A stretch of DNA of 62,984 nt, filler included, from Choristocarpus tenellus KU-1152 (taxonomy: Eukaryota > Protista > Phaeophyceae): assembly GCA_964200185.2 (NCBI GenBank). It is 9 parts of 9 records of this genome, joined end to end, with 100 filler letters (N's around TTAATTAATTAA, not from the genome) between each part and the next. Parts side by side here need not be neighbours in the genome. Positions count along the whole stretch, not along the records: positions 33,732 to 40,720 come from CAXNAD020006919.1; positions 40,821 to 43,356 come from CAXNAD020026965.1; positions 43,457 to 48,254 come from CAXNAD020013021.1; positions 48,355 to 60,004 come from CAXNAD020002206.1; 5 more parts are not named here. The stretch is one strand, 5' to 3'. Both the position numbers and the translations under genes were made by a program. Of this stretch, positions 40,201 through 51,400 are shown in pieces (the stretch's first letter is position 1; every line of letters begins with the position of its first letter). The notes beneath the pieces were generated by a model. The model did no database searches. It saw nothing but the letters and a program-made list of their open reading frames with translations, and was not told where the DNA came from.

Positions 40201-40496
40201 CAATCTTTCCAAAATGAAAAATTCCTATATTCTTGTGATGGTGAAATGAAGAGTGAGTGTGAGAATATGGTAAGATTAGACTCCAATTTCCCCTATTTGT
40301 TGACAACATATTGTGACGTTTTGAGAGATGGCAGGTGGAAACAGATGCAAGGTGGACAAAGAGGGAATGTAAAGGAATTGGTGTACATATTTGAGTAACA
40401 CTACATTAACGAGTTGGGGGATGTTGAACCACCTGATGCCAACGTCGTCTTGAACATCCTCTCAAACCCCCATTCTTCTGCATCCAGCTTTGCAAG
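34239..40496 (-). CDS. TKL (MLK/Raf-like) protein kinase with helical N-terminal region; 1-nt frameshift in DFG as assembled
   Basis: Exons 40496-40433, 40115-39850, 39021-38953, 37257-37138, 36891-36790 (IGQGAFGQ), 36675-36490 (AAAK), 36283-36080 (HGDLKAKN), 35216-35072 (VAD[F]G...GTPGWTAPE...SDVYS) and 34440-34239 (FAIVYWE...CW...RPTF). Confidence 0.88.
35781..35878 (+). repeat. Dispersed MITE-like repeat, copy A
   Basis: Shares CTGTCCATT(T)GGGGGC..ATGTC.C.ATTTTTGG..GATTTGGT..CAT..TGGATAATGT.AGTGC with 48113-48205. Confidence 0.6.
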
Positions 40497-40720
40497 CTAG
40501 CAATGATTTTAAATCATCAAAAGTGACAGGAACGTAAAAAGCGCAAAGAGATGGTGTAACAAGAGAGTGGGACGCATGTTATTAGACTTCAACAACACCC
40601 AGGTCACAAATATTTTCAAGCCAAGGCAGGAGCAGTGCAGCATTACAAGTTAGTTGACTGTACCTTACCAAAAAATGCCAAAACAGTAAAAAATATATGT
40701 AGAGCCACGGAATCATCCTC

Positions 40721-40820
40721 NNNNNNNNNNNNNNNNNNNNNNNNNNNNNNNNNNNNNNNNNNNNTTAATTAATTAANNNNNNNNNNNNNNNNNNNNNNNN
40801 NNNNNNNNNNNNNNNNNNNN
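40721..40820. other. Artificial contig linker
   Basis: 44 N + TTAATTAATTAA + 44 N. Confidence 0.99.
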
Positions 40821-41624
40821 GGGGGGTGGGTGGGGGATATTTTGTATCTCTATGTTTTCAAATTGTGTATGGGACAAGAAGATTGGTGAAAGTAGGGTAT
40901 TTTATTATTTTTATGCATCCATCAAGAGATACATAGGAAGAATTAGGTAGATGGATAGATATTTGTACCCAGAATGTATATTCCACCTACATTGATGTTT
41001 AAGCCAAGCAAACTCAGTACGTTACAAGCATCCCTCAATATCAAGAAAATATGACTACATTGCATACTCAGTAGTAGGACTACATTTCACTATCAAGAGA
41101 GGCAAGAAACATCCACATACACCAATGTACATACATATTTACCATGTACATATCCAGGTGGAGAAATATCAATCCCGCATACGTTCCTCGTGCCATCCTC
41201 ATCCCCCTACATTATGTCAGTGAGTGTCCACCTCCCTCCCACTTTCAAGCTATCATAAAGGATGGAAGATCCCTCTTCTGGACCTACCAGGACAAACCCC
41301 ACTTGCTCCATGGTGTGCTCCAACAGCAACATAAACTGCCCTTGATCATTCATTCAGGACCCCATATCAAGGAAACGAGCCCTTTTCTGCCTCTGAATTG
41401 GGAAACCTGCGAGCTGACCATATTCATGATAAGTCAGTAGGGCTCTCACTCTAGGCATGGTGTGACATGAGATCAATTGTCGTTACCCAATTCTTTCCAC
41501 CCATCTTACCCCCTCTAGTCCATTCCTATGATTCTTCACCGATGAAAAGAAGGAAGCTTATGATTTGCTTTACTTTTTTCTAACTTTGCTCAGTAATTGG
41601 GGGGGCGGGGGATGGAATAAATAG

Positions 41625-41806
41625 GTTAAAGAAATAGTGGAGCTCCTGGATCAGAGCGCTCGTTCAGTGAGGGAGGTGGGAGGCAGTCGAGTGAGTGTTG
41701 ATGGTGCGCCTAGGCCTTCGTCACGAGTTATTCACAGGCAACTGGTAATGGTGTCGGCTACAGTGTCCAAGGGAGTCTCACGCATGGCAGCAAGCCTTCT
41801 ATCAAG
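41625..41806 (+). CDS. DEAD-box RNA helicase internal exon (motif III region; possibly DBP7/DDX31-like)
   Basis: tag|VKEIVELLDQ...HRQLVMVSATVSKGVSRMAASLLS|gtaggg. RQxxMxSAT...V..lA..lL is the post-DEAD/motif III pattern; subfamily uncertain. Confidence 0.75.
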
Positions 41807-43356
41807 GTAGGGATTTTTCTCTTTGTTGTTGTGGTGGATTGGGGGGGAGGGGGGGAGGGTTGTTTGCAAGCTATTGCTGCGGGTGATAAGGTGATTGAGA
41901 TTGTGAGCACAAGGGAGTTGCGAGGAGGCTTTTCCTGTACATAACATTTTTGGAGGTAAGAATACATACTTTGTGGGATCTCTTGAGTCTTATTGTGCTT
42001 GAAAAGGTTATCGGAGTGTTCACTGCGCTTGTTGTGTTGTGTCTCTAGTCTACCGTGTAGATTCACAGTTGTGGTACACCTCTGTCCTTGGAGTGTAGTC
42101 TGGGATAGCATACAGTTTCTGATTTGACCTGACCTTATCCAAGTCACGTTAGCAGCAATTCACTCTGTATATTGGGAATGCCAAAGGTCATGGCACAGCA
42201 TCTAACTTGTATTAATCGATGTTCAACACAGGAGGGCAGGGCAGCATGCCAGACCTTTCTTTTTTCAAGTTGGCAGGCAGATGCAAATGCAAATGCATGA
42301 AATTTGCTAGATCTCTTCTATCTTTGAGAATATGCAGATTTTATGGATGGGTCGGTGGTTGAAAGACTTGGAGGTGTAGCTGTCTATTGTAGTTAGCAAC
42401 AGTTTGATGCAAGAACAAAAGGGTGAATTTAAAGGAGCACCAACCGAAATCACAAAGCCTGCTGTCACTAGGTCTAGGTGTTTGTGTCCTCAACAGTTTC
42501 GGGGCAGGGTTTTGATGGCCTGTAAGGAGGAGGTACATCTTTTACAGTACATATCCGATTTGTTACACGCCCTGTGAAGTTGGGGGACTGTTAATTGATT
42601 GTATTGTCTGTGTAGTAGTAGTTATGATAGTGACAATGCTTATCAAGATTTTGTGGAAACTGCGGCTCTACTTCCTCTCAGATCTTTTTATTAGTTGTGG
42701 GGTGACTAACATAGCCAAGCCTTGGAGTGCCTCCGTTGTAACAACCAAAATTTGGATGGCGTTGCTTCTGTTTGCCTCACGGAACTGGGTTTGAGTGGAT
42801 CTGATTGGGTGTGGCCTGCACTTGTTCCCAGCTGGGCGTGTTATACTAGTACCAACCGTTGTTGCAATCTCTCCACTCTTCCTATACGAGTTGGGGTTAG
42901 TTCTTTAGCTTGGTCTTGCGGTGAAGCGGATTCTTGGTTTTATCTGGATTGTTGTGTTCAACCTCCAAAGAGACGCTTTCAAGATGCAAATGAGAGTAGT
43001 GTTGATGTTGATGCCTGTACTACAGGTGACTATATTTTGGAGTGCTTTTTGAATTCGGCTCCGAATGGCCAGCATAATATGTATGTATCTATGTATGTAT
43101 GTATCTCTAGGATATTTTACTGCCATAATGCTACTTTTAAGCAGACACCCATCACCCCCTTGGTGGTTTTTTAAGTCCTACTCTACCGCACCATTATTCC
43201 AGGACGGAGGTCAAGAGACATCAATGGCATCTTCAGGAAGGTAGAATCGTTGAGGTAAATCTTTCCTTGTCATCATCTTCCATCTCCAACTCCCTCCCCC
43301 CCCCCCCTGACCACTAGCTCTACCCTTCACATTGCTACTCCCTTGTACTGTTCGTC

Positions 43357-43456
43357 NNNNNNNNNNNNNNNNNNNNNNNNNNNNNNNNNNNNNNNNNNNN
43401 TTAATTAATTAANNNNNNNNNNNNNNNNNNNNNNNNNNNNNNNNNNNNNNNNNNNN
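43357..43456. other. Artificial contig linker
   Basis: 44 N + TTAATTAATTAA + 44 N. Confidence 0.99.
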
Positions 43457-45049
43457 GGGGGCATCATTGTAATACTTACAAAGATTGGTGTAAGAAATTC
43501 AACAATACATCATCAACAGTTTCTCGCCCTATATATATAATATACTATATCAATCATGATGGCTGACCTCACAAACCTACACACAAACCGCTTCACCCTT
43601 CTACATAAGCTCTATTAACAGAGTATCTTCTCAACCCATGAACTCAAACACAAGTTCCAATTCATCTTTTCCCTTATCCAGCTCTTCCTCGTGCCAGGTC
43701 TCTCCTGTTGTTGCTACTGCAGCAGAAGCTGCCATCTGTTTGCTGCCATCATAATGGACTCATAACGGACTATTCACCGAAAGTACCATCCAAACTGGAT
43801 CAAACTAGATTCCCTTTTTGTTAGGATCTTTATCATTACTCCACTTTCAACTGTGATATAAACACAAACACACACATACACACACACATATACATACATT
43901 TCTTTTGCTAGCATAGATTGTACTGAACTATGTACCACATACTGTAGTGCAAACCCAAGGTTTTCTATGTCTGGTAAGTGCATTGAAAAATCAGATATAA
44001 TTCCCATTATTTGTTCTTGTTCCGGACTGTTATGAAACCGCCATACACTTAATAATGAATACATACACCTTTCTTTTCTTTTTTTTAATGGCATGATTTT
44101 TTTGCTGCGCCATAATTGGCTGAGCAAAGTCTGTGCAACATTAAATATTGCCTGGTCAGGTGAGGTGCTGCCGTAGATCCTATTGGTCTGCCCCAACCCT
44201 CATTAGAAACCACTGCAGTCTTTGATAGGGACCGATGATTCATGACATTAAAAAATAAAAATAAATAATAATAATAAAAATATATTGCTCGATGAAAAGG
44301 TGTGTCACACCGACAGACTTTCCTCCCTGCTTAGAGTTGACTCATGGCGTTTCTTTTTGCTGTTTTCAGTACGTTCAGTTTTGTGTACCAATTGTACGGA
44401 TATCCATGGTGCTTCTTACAAAAAGGGGAGCATACGATTTCGCCATTGAAATTGTATTCTTAGGTATGTGTAGCAGGTTTCAATTAGTACCCAAAAATGT
44501 GCCCAAGGCTGTTGCATACATCAACATGTCCCATGGACAAAAAAACACTTGAAAGTAGTACATTACGGCCCATTCATCAATTGCAACCTTCATCCTCAAG
44601 CACTATATCGGTTATGTTATTGTGATTACTATGTCGAATGTACTTGTACCACAGACATCTTCTAATGCATACGCTAAAAAATATCTGGCGAATTATGATG
44701 ATCTAGTTGGTGCAACCTTATCAGCAAGAAACACTTTCAGCAATCACAAAGTGTTTCAAAAGCAGGCAGTAAAAACAACAAACTTGTGGTGCAAGTTGTA
44801 TCTGCAATGGCTCTCCATCTCTGTCTCTGTCTTACTGAATTAACATCAATTTTGAATACTAAAGATTTCACTCTGCTGGGTGCTTTGGTGTGGGGCCAAC
44901 ACTCCATCAAGGAGGGATCCCCTGATTTTGCAGAGAACAGAAGAATGCACAAGATGAAGAGCTCATTTAACACCAATACGCAAAGCATATCGAAACAAGT
45001 GGCCAAGTCAAACTGAAATGACCACATGCAATACCTCAAACTCACTCAC

Positions 45050-46179
45050 CAGCATCTACCCTATCGCCACTACTCAAGTCCGCTGGAGAGGTTATCGCAG
45101 GGAAATGCTTCTGAAATATTTCTTTAACTTCCTGGCTTACTCCATCTTCCACCCCTCCACCAAAACCTGTTTGGTTTTCCTGGTGGGAGTTGACATCGTT
45201 TGAAGAAGCACTGGCTATGTTCCATTTTTCGTCCCTCGATAAGTCTCGTATGAGGTTCATCCACGACAAAGATGCTCTCTCCGGACTAAGGATCAGAAAG
45301 AAGATACGGACGAATGAAAAACGGGTGAGAAAAATAGTGAAGGCACCTTGGGTTGGAGACTAGTGACGGAAAAGGGCGAACAGGGCACAGAGGGGTAGAT
45401 GATTCTAGGACTATTCTACCTGTCTAACTTTATCTCGCTTCGAAATATGGACTGCACTATTTGTCTGTGATAAGAGGGTGGGGTAGGTTCTCAACAACAT
45501 AGCCAAAATAGACGATTTCCTTCTTGGTTAATTAAGGGATTGAAAGGTTCCGGTCTAAGAGGGAAAGGTTCGTAATGGCAAGGGGTCGCAAGAGCCTCTC
45601 TATACCGGTGGTAGTGGTGACAAAGTTGCATTGGCTAGCACAAGTTTCGGGTTGATCTCACAAGTGCTTGACAACAATCGCCAGTGCACCTTGGTGGAGG
45701 GGAGACTGAGCCGCCTATTTCGGATATCACGCCAAGATCTCATACAAGCACAGACCCAGCAATACGCAACAGTCGAAACTCACGAGAGATGGTACGCCCC
45801 CGAGCCGAGGATTGTCTTGAGTGCGACGCCGTAAAGGTTGTGACATGCTTCCACTGGCTCAAGGTCGCGACGACGATAGACGAGGGCCTGTCACGTTTCG
45901 ACGTCGTTTTAGGTTTTACACACTTCTGTACTCCAGCTGATGACATGATCAGATGTACGATCCTTGCAGTGAGAAATCTTAAACTGTGTGAACTCCTTAT
46001 CTAGGCAAGGTCACCAGGAACATGACTAGATTGTTCAAGATTGCCCACAAATAAGAGAACAGGGGCTCAACGTCATGGGTCGAAATTCTTTTTACCTTAG
46101 CAACAGGTAGGCAGTCAAACGCCCGTGCCTGGCGGAGGAGTACTCGGTATGTTGCTTTCTCCACGGAAGGGAGGGCCAT
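45050..46179 (-). CDS. Hypothetical protein with LYR-like N-terminal motif (5' exons)
   Basis: Phase-consistent exons 46179-46096 (MALPSVEKATYRVLLRQARAFDCLPVAK), 45887-45784 and 45285-45050 with gtaaaa/gtgagt/gtgagt donors; downstream exons not resolved. Confidence 0.6.
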
Positions 46180-46447
46180 GAAAGTGAAGAGGTTTGCAAC
46201 TCTGTACCTCCAGTCAATGAGGAAGAGATCAACTCGATCTTTTGAGGTTTTTTAACACTGGCAAAGGGTTTTCCCCTCAAAAAATCAGGAAAAATAAAAA
46301 AGGAACTCTTACCATTCTACACCAACAAATCGATCGATCCCCTTGGATGAGAACGAACCTGGTAATTTTGTTCCAGTTCCAGTAAAACACACCTCATTAG
46401 TCAGTTGGGGTGATCTAGTGACCTCACAATGCTCAAATAGGATACTG

Positions 46448-46532
46448 CTTTAGGGCTAATAACGACATATATATATAGTTTTCATTGGTTTCCCCCCTGA
46501 CACATCTGCAAAATGTCAGAGGGCATAATAAT
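46448..46532 (+). mobile_element. Short 5'-truncated copy of the CRE-like retroelement 3' end
   Basis: CTTTAGGGCT..TATAGTTTTCATT.GTTTCCCCCCTGACACATCTGCAAAATGTCAGAGGGCATAATAAT matches the reverse complement of 7914-7996. Confidence 0.75.
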
Positions 46533-47474
46533 GCAATACTGTCAAAATCAGACCCAAAAGATCAAGGCGATATCAGTTGAGAGGTTGTATATTTCAAAAA
46601 ATCAACGTGTACGGTATACTTATACTATACTGTGATCGAAGTGGAGTTTGGTAGTGTGAACATCTAGGTAGGGAGTGTGAGTATGGGCTAATAGTCCATA
46701 TTGGTGATTACACTATTGCACTAAAGTTATTATGGAGAAGATATGGTCGGTCATGGAGTGCATTCTATGCTTATGTAGGAAGAATAGTTGTAAGATAGTT
46801 TTGAGATGGTTGTATTATTCCTTTCTTATAGAAGAGTCAAACGAAGTGAGAGGTAGGCAAGGTTACATTGTAAGGATCCCGATAAAGGGCAAAGAGATGC
46901 CGTTTGTACAATTGCAGGAAGATTTTCGCTAAATTGTGGTGTCGCTTTTGTGTGTAGAAAGGGGGAGTATAAATATTACGTACACTATTGTACACATGAA
47001 GCAACCATTTGAAGTGTATTGCAGACGGTGAGAAAGATGGCTTGGAATGCAAGAGGGTCCAAACCCGCCTACCTCTCAAATGGTGTGGCTCTTTGTCACT
47101 TCTCCAGATGGTGCCATACAACAGTGTCTTTACTTTCAGTGGGAGGTGTGGAGGATGGTTGTAGAACACAACCCGGTGCTTCTGTCCTTGTCCTGACAAG
47201 AACAGGGGGGTCCGAAACACATCCTTGATGAGGTGCAGGCCACCTAATGTCTGACAACAATAGACAGGTGTGTATCCCTGTCCCCTGGCGAGAATCCCCT
47301 ACTGGGTATCCAATTTTCCACCTACGGTAGATCTATAACCTGAAACCTATGAACGGTTAGACTTGGAGGAAGAACTATGGGAAACTGTGTGGTGGTAAGG
47401 GATCCCCTGCATAGTCACGCCTCTTGAATCTGCTACAAACACATGCTTCTCCGTGTAGGATCGCACGTAGGTTT

Positions 47475-47517
47475 CAGCACCAGCACCAGCACCAGCACCA
47501 GCACCAGCACCAGCACC
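47475..47517. repeat. (CAGCAC)7 microsatellite
   Basis: Perfect hexamer run. Confidence 0.92.
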
Positions 47518-47620
47518 TATGTGTCGTAGTATCTTGGCAGTCATAATTCTTCCATCTCATGCATGGTGAACATGTTACAGCACACTCCATAGCTTACCTC
47601 CATGGGATGCATAGCTCCAG

Positions 47621-48099
47621 TCCACAAGCCTACAGGTGGCGCTGATGCACGTATAGGACTCTTGATGCACAAGTCGTCAAGTATGCTGGATCTCTCACTT
47701 GGATTATTCCCTTCATAAGTATCATCAATATCATCATATAAAAAGAACTGACAACGATGTACCACCTGGGGGCATGATGATGAATAGTCAAAGAAGTACA
47801 AATGTATCAAATCTAGGACTTCAAGGTCATAATGGTGTTTATGAAACCGCCATCAAGACAAATCACCTGTAACATGCCCCCTTAGCATGAAGCATAACTG
47901 CTTCAATGCAAAGAAAAGGTGAATAACATGTCTACTATTTAGTTATTATCATGCCCCCAGGTGGTACATCGTTGCCAGTTCCTTTATAATGATACTGATA
48001 CTTATGAAGGAAATAAACCAAGTGAGAGATCCAGCGTACTTGACGACTTGTGCATCAGGAGCCCTGTACGTGCATCAGTGCTATCTGTAGGCTTGTGGA
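47621..48099. repeat. Long inverted repeat (arms 47621-47780 and 47948-48099, ~165-bp spacer)
   Basis: The arms are diverged reverse complements; ORFs 47541..47810(-) and 47961..48188(+) give near-identical peptides. Confidence 0.9.
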
Positions 48100-48112
48100 G
48101 GCTCAAAGTATC

Positions 48113-48235
48113 TGGGGGGTGGCGACTGTCCATTTGGGGGCAATTTTTTATGTCGCGATTTTTGGGTGATTTGGTAACATACGTGTGATGGATAATGTAA
48201 GTGCGCTTTTCCTGGTGATGGTCCAAATGGACACC
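48113..48235 (+). repeat. Dispersed MITE-like repeat, copy B, with inverted ends TGTCCATTTGG...CCAAATGGACA
   Basis: Homologous to 35781-35878; 11-bp perfect inverted repeat at 48127-48137 / 48223-48233. Confidence 0.6.
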
Positions 48236-48254
48236 CTGGTATATAGAACCTCCC

Positions 48255-48354
48255 NNNNNNNNNNNNNNNNNNNNNNNNNNNNNNNNNNNNNNNNNNNNTT
48301 AATTAATTAANNNNNNNNNNNNNNNNNNNNNNNNNNNNNNNNNNNNNNNNNNNN
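48255..48354. other. Artificial contig linker
   Basis: 44 N + TTAATTAATTAA + 44 N. Confidence 0.99.
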
Positions 48355-48460
48355 AAATCCTCCATTCCCCCCCCCCCCCCCAATACAGTTACAGGGATCC
48401 TATAGGACTCAACACCCCCTCCTACATGATACCACTCTTTTACTATATAGTGTGACTAAC

Positions 48461-51400
48461 CTGAATCATGTTGGGCACATATGCATTATGGCCTGGTGCA
48501 TCCAGGATGGTGTACCTGTAGAAAGGGGTTGATTTTCTTTCTTCTGTTAGCATCATTAACGCCTCTTTTGCTTTGGAAAGGAATTTCTATCTTGAAAATT
48601 GACCTAACTTGGTCTGGGATCCAGTCCTTACCAAACATACCCAGAAATATTCATGCTATTCATGCCACTCCATACAATGTTCTCTTTTAAAATCCCCAAA
48701 GAAGCACTCCCTAAAATATCATTAGAGTATAAGATTACACAGATATCAAACATCGGCCTTCACACAGAGGTGCAGGCCAAAGGGCTAGGGTTAGAGGTAA
48801 GTCTTGTTCCACGCACACCAAACTTGAAGGAGCCCTAACCCTAAGAAAACAAAAGAAACAACTTCAGTATCACATTTTCTATCATAATCACAATACAACC
48901 TCCAATTAATGCACCTCTCCTGCTTCAAAACCATCATGCAACCCTAACCCTAACGATTAGCAGAGCAGCAGCTGGAGATCATATCTTTTTCAAAAAATCC
49001 TAACCCTAACCCTAACCAGAGTAACCCGACAATATCACTTAGTGGCACTTATGTGTTCTTAGGTTAGCATTTCCCACATCTTGTTGAATGATGCATCACA
49101 ACACATTATTGATGGTTTTTCACAAAATAGTAACACAGAATGTACCCCTTTACTAAATGTTTTGACAGTGAAAAAAGTATATATTGGCACATGTTGAGAG
49201 AGAGGCTGCAAGGATCTTGTTTCCCCTGTGAGGTACACCAAGCATACCTTTTTAAGGAAAACATGCCCAAAAAGGATGCAAGAAAAACTGACACACATAA
49301 ACTGGTTCAACATCACCATCTTCACTACAGAATAAATAAAACAATAGTCAGGGTTAGGGTTAGAGACAACAGAAATGGATAACAAAACCACCAACAAAGG
49401 AATATCTAGGATGTACTGAATTTAGCAACAAACACGCCTGAAGACCAAATACCACTCCTCAGAGCTACGCTGTCCCACTTTCAAGGCCTTGCGTAACTGA
49501 CCTGCACTACCTGCACATGCAAATCTTGGCATCCAAACAATTTTCAGGAGCAGCCATTTGAAATATGATATATCTCCAATTTATATAGCCTTCCGAAATA
49601 AAAAGCACAGGGTAGGGTGTGCGTCGTAACCCTAACCCTAACCATTGATCCAAGTTAACAGCTAATCCACTCTATTTGGGGAATATTTACATAGCTACCC
49701 AACTAACATTCATTTGACACATTGATGCACTTGTTCAGAAAAGCTCTAATAATCACCCATTTGTCTCACCCACACTAAAAATAGTATTGAAAAATATCAT
49801 CCAATTGTGTAAATTAATAAATTAACTCTTTCCTCTGTGCTGTATCTGAGACTTAGGGTTAGGGCAATACCGTCACTGAGACTTAGGGTTAGGGCAATAC
49901 CATCACTGAGACTTGCCTCTTCTGTTGTGTTTCGAAGTGTGCCCTGCCAACCTCAACTGTCTTACCCTTAGCCCTCTCCTCTTCATTAGTATCCATGATG
50001 AAGGCAAGGAACCAGGACTCTCTGTTCCGCTGCTTGGCCTCCCTTTCGTACCTGCATATTAATAATAATAATAATAATAATCACAGCAGTCATCATCACA
50101 ATCAATAGGTTGGTCAAAGGAACCCTAACCCTAAGCTGCTACTGTACCAACAAGCACAATAAAAAACCTAGAAGGGAATTAAATACACATAAATTAAGCC
50201 CACTGGACAGTGAACTCAATTGGAATGAAACACACGATCCAACATCCAATGTAGGGGTATTTTCAATTGCAAATATTGTGTTCAGTGAAGTTTCACTCCC
50301 TAACCCTAACCCAAATGCCAGAATTTGATGGAATTCAGAGCACATTACCCCCAGTCCTTCCAAAAATTGTAGAAAAACAGGGTAGGTCGGGTAGACTGAC
50401 AGACATCATACACTGCAATGCAAAATCTAGCATCCATTTCAGTCTTACTATTCAAACAGATGGAGCACATACCTAACCCTAACCTCAATAAAAGCGGGGA
50501 GGGGGGGGGTTGTAGGAAATACCACACATAATACTACATCATATGTTGTACTCCCATGTAGTGTATGACACTGGAGGTATCTACAATGAGATAGGCAACC
50601 CCTAAGGTGACTTCAGCAAGAACTACAAATATTGCTAACCCTAAACCTAACCTCAACAAAACAATTTTAGCTTCAATGCCACCAAGAAGTCAACACAGCC
50701 TCAAGACCCGCATTGTAAGTCCAGAGGAGATCAGTACACTAACAGCAACAAGCAATCAATTCCCACAACTATCAAACAGACTTTGAGCGAGGAAGGTTAG
50801 GGTGGGGGGGGGGGAGACTCTGACCTCTCAATAGTACGCCTGTCCACAAAGTCTGTGAGGTAGAGTATGTTTCCCGATAGAGTTGACTTACCTGCATCCA
50901 CTGTAAAAAACCCCAACAAAAAGAACACAACCAACACAACACAATAAAAACAAGGTTAGACAGTAGAAAGCCCAAGAGTGCATAAGCAAGCATGGAGCAA
51001 CCCTACAAGAGCAGGAATGTGGCATCAACACAACCAACAACCCTAATCCTATACAGATTGAACAGACATAGAACAAACAATAAAATGAGAGGAACAGGAA
51101 CATAATCAGAATACTTAAAAATACAAAAATACTCATAACAACACATCTAGGAAAAGGATCAAACTTGACCACTTAACCCTAACAGTAACCCTAACCCACT
51201 CAGAAAGCACACTGTCATCACCATCACTTTATGTTGGTTGACCATGTGGCAAATGCTCTGCACCCTTGTTTATACAAACTAGGGTCCACCTTCCTGTATT
51301 ACGTGTTACTTCAAGCAGTGTGAGGAATCACTCCATTGAGTGCAACCCTAACCCTAATTACCTAAACAGAGTATTCTCGCAATAGTGAAACTGTCAACAT

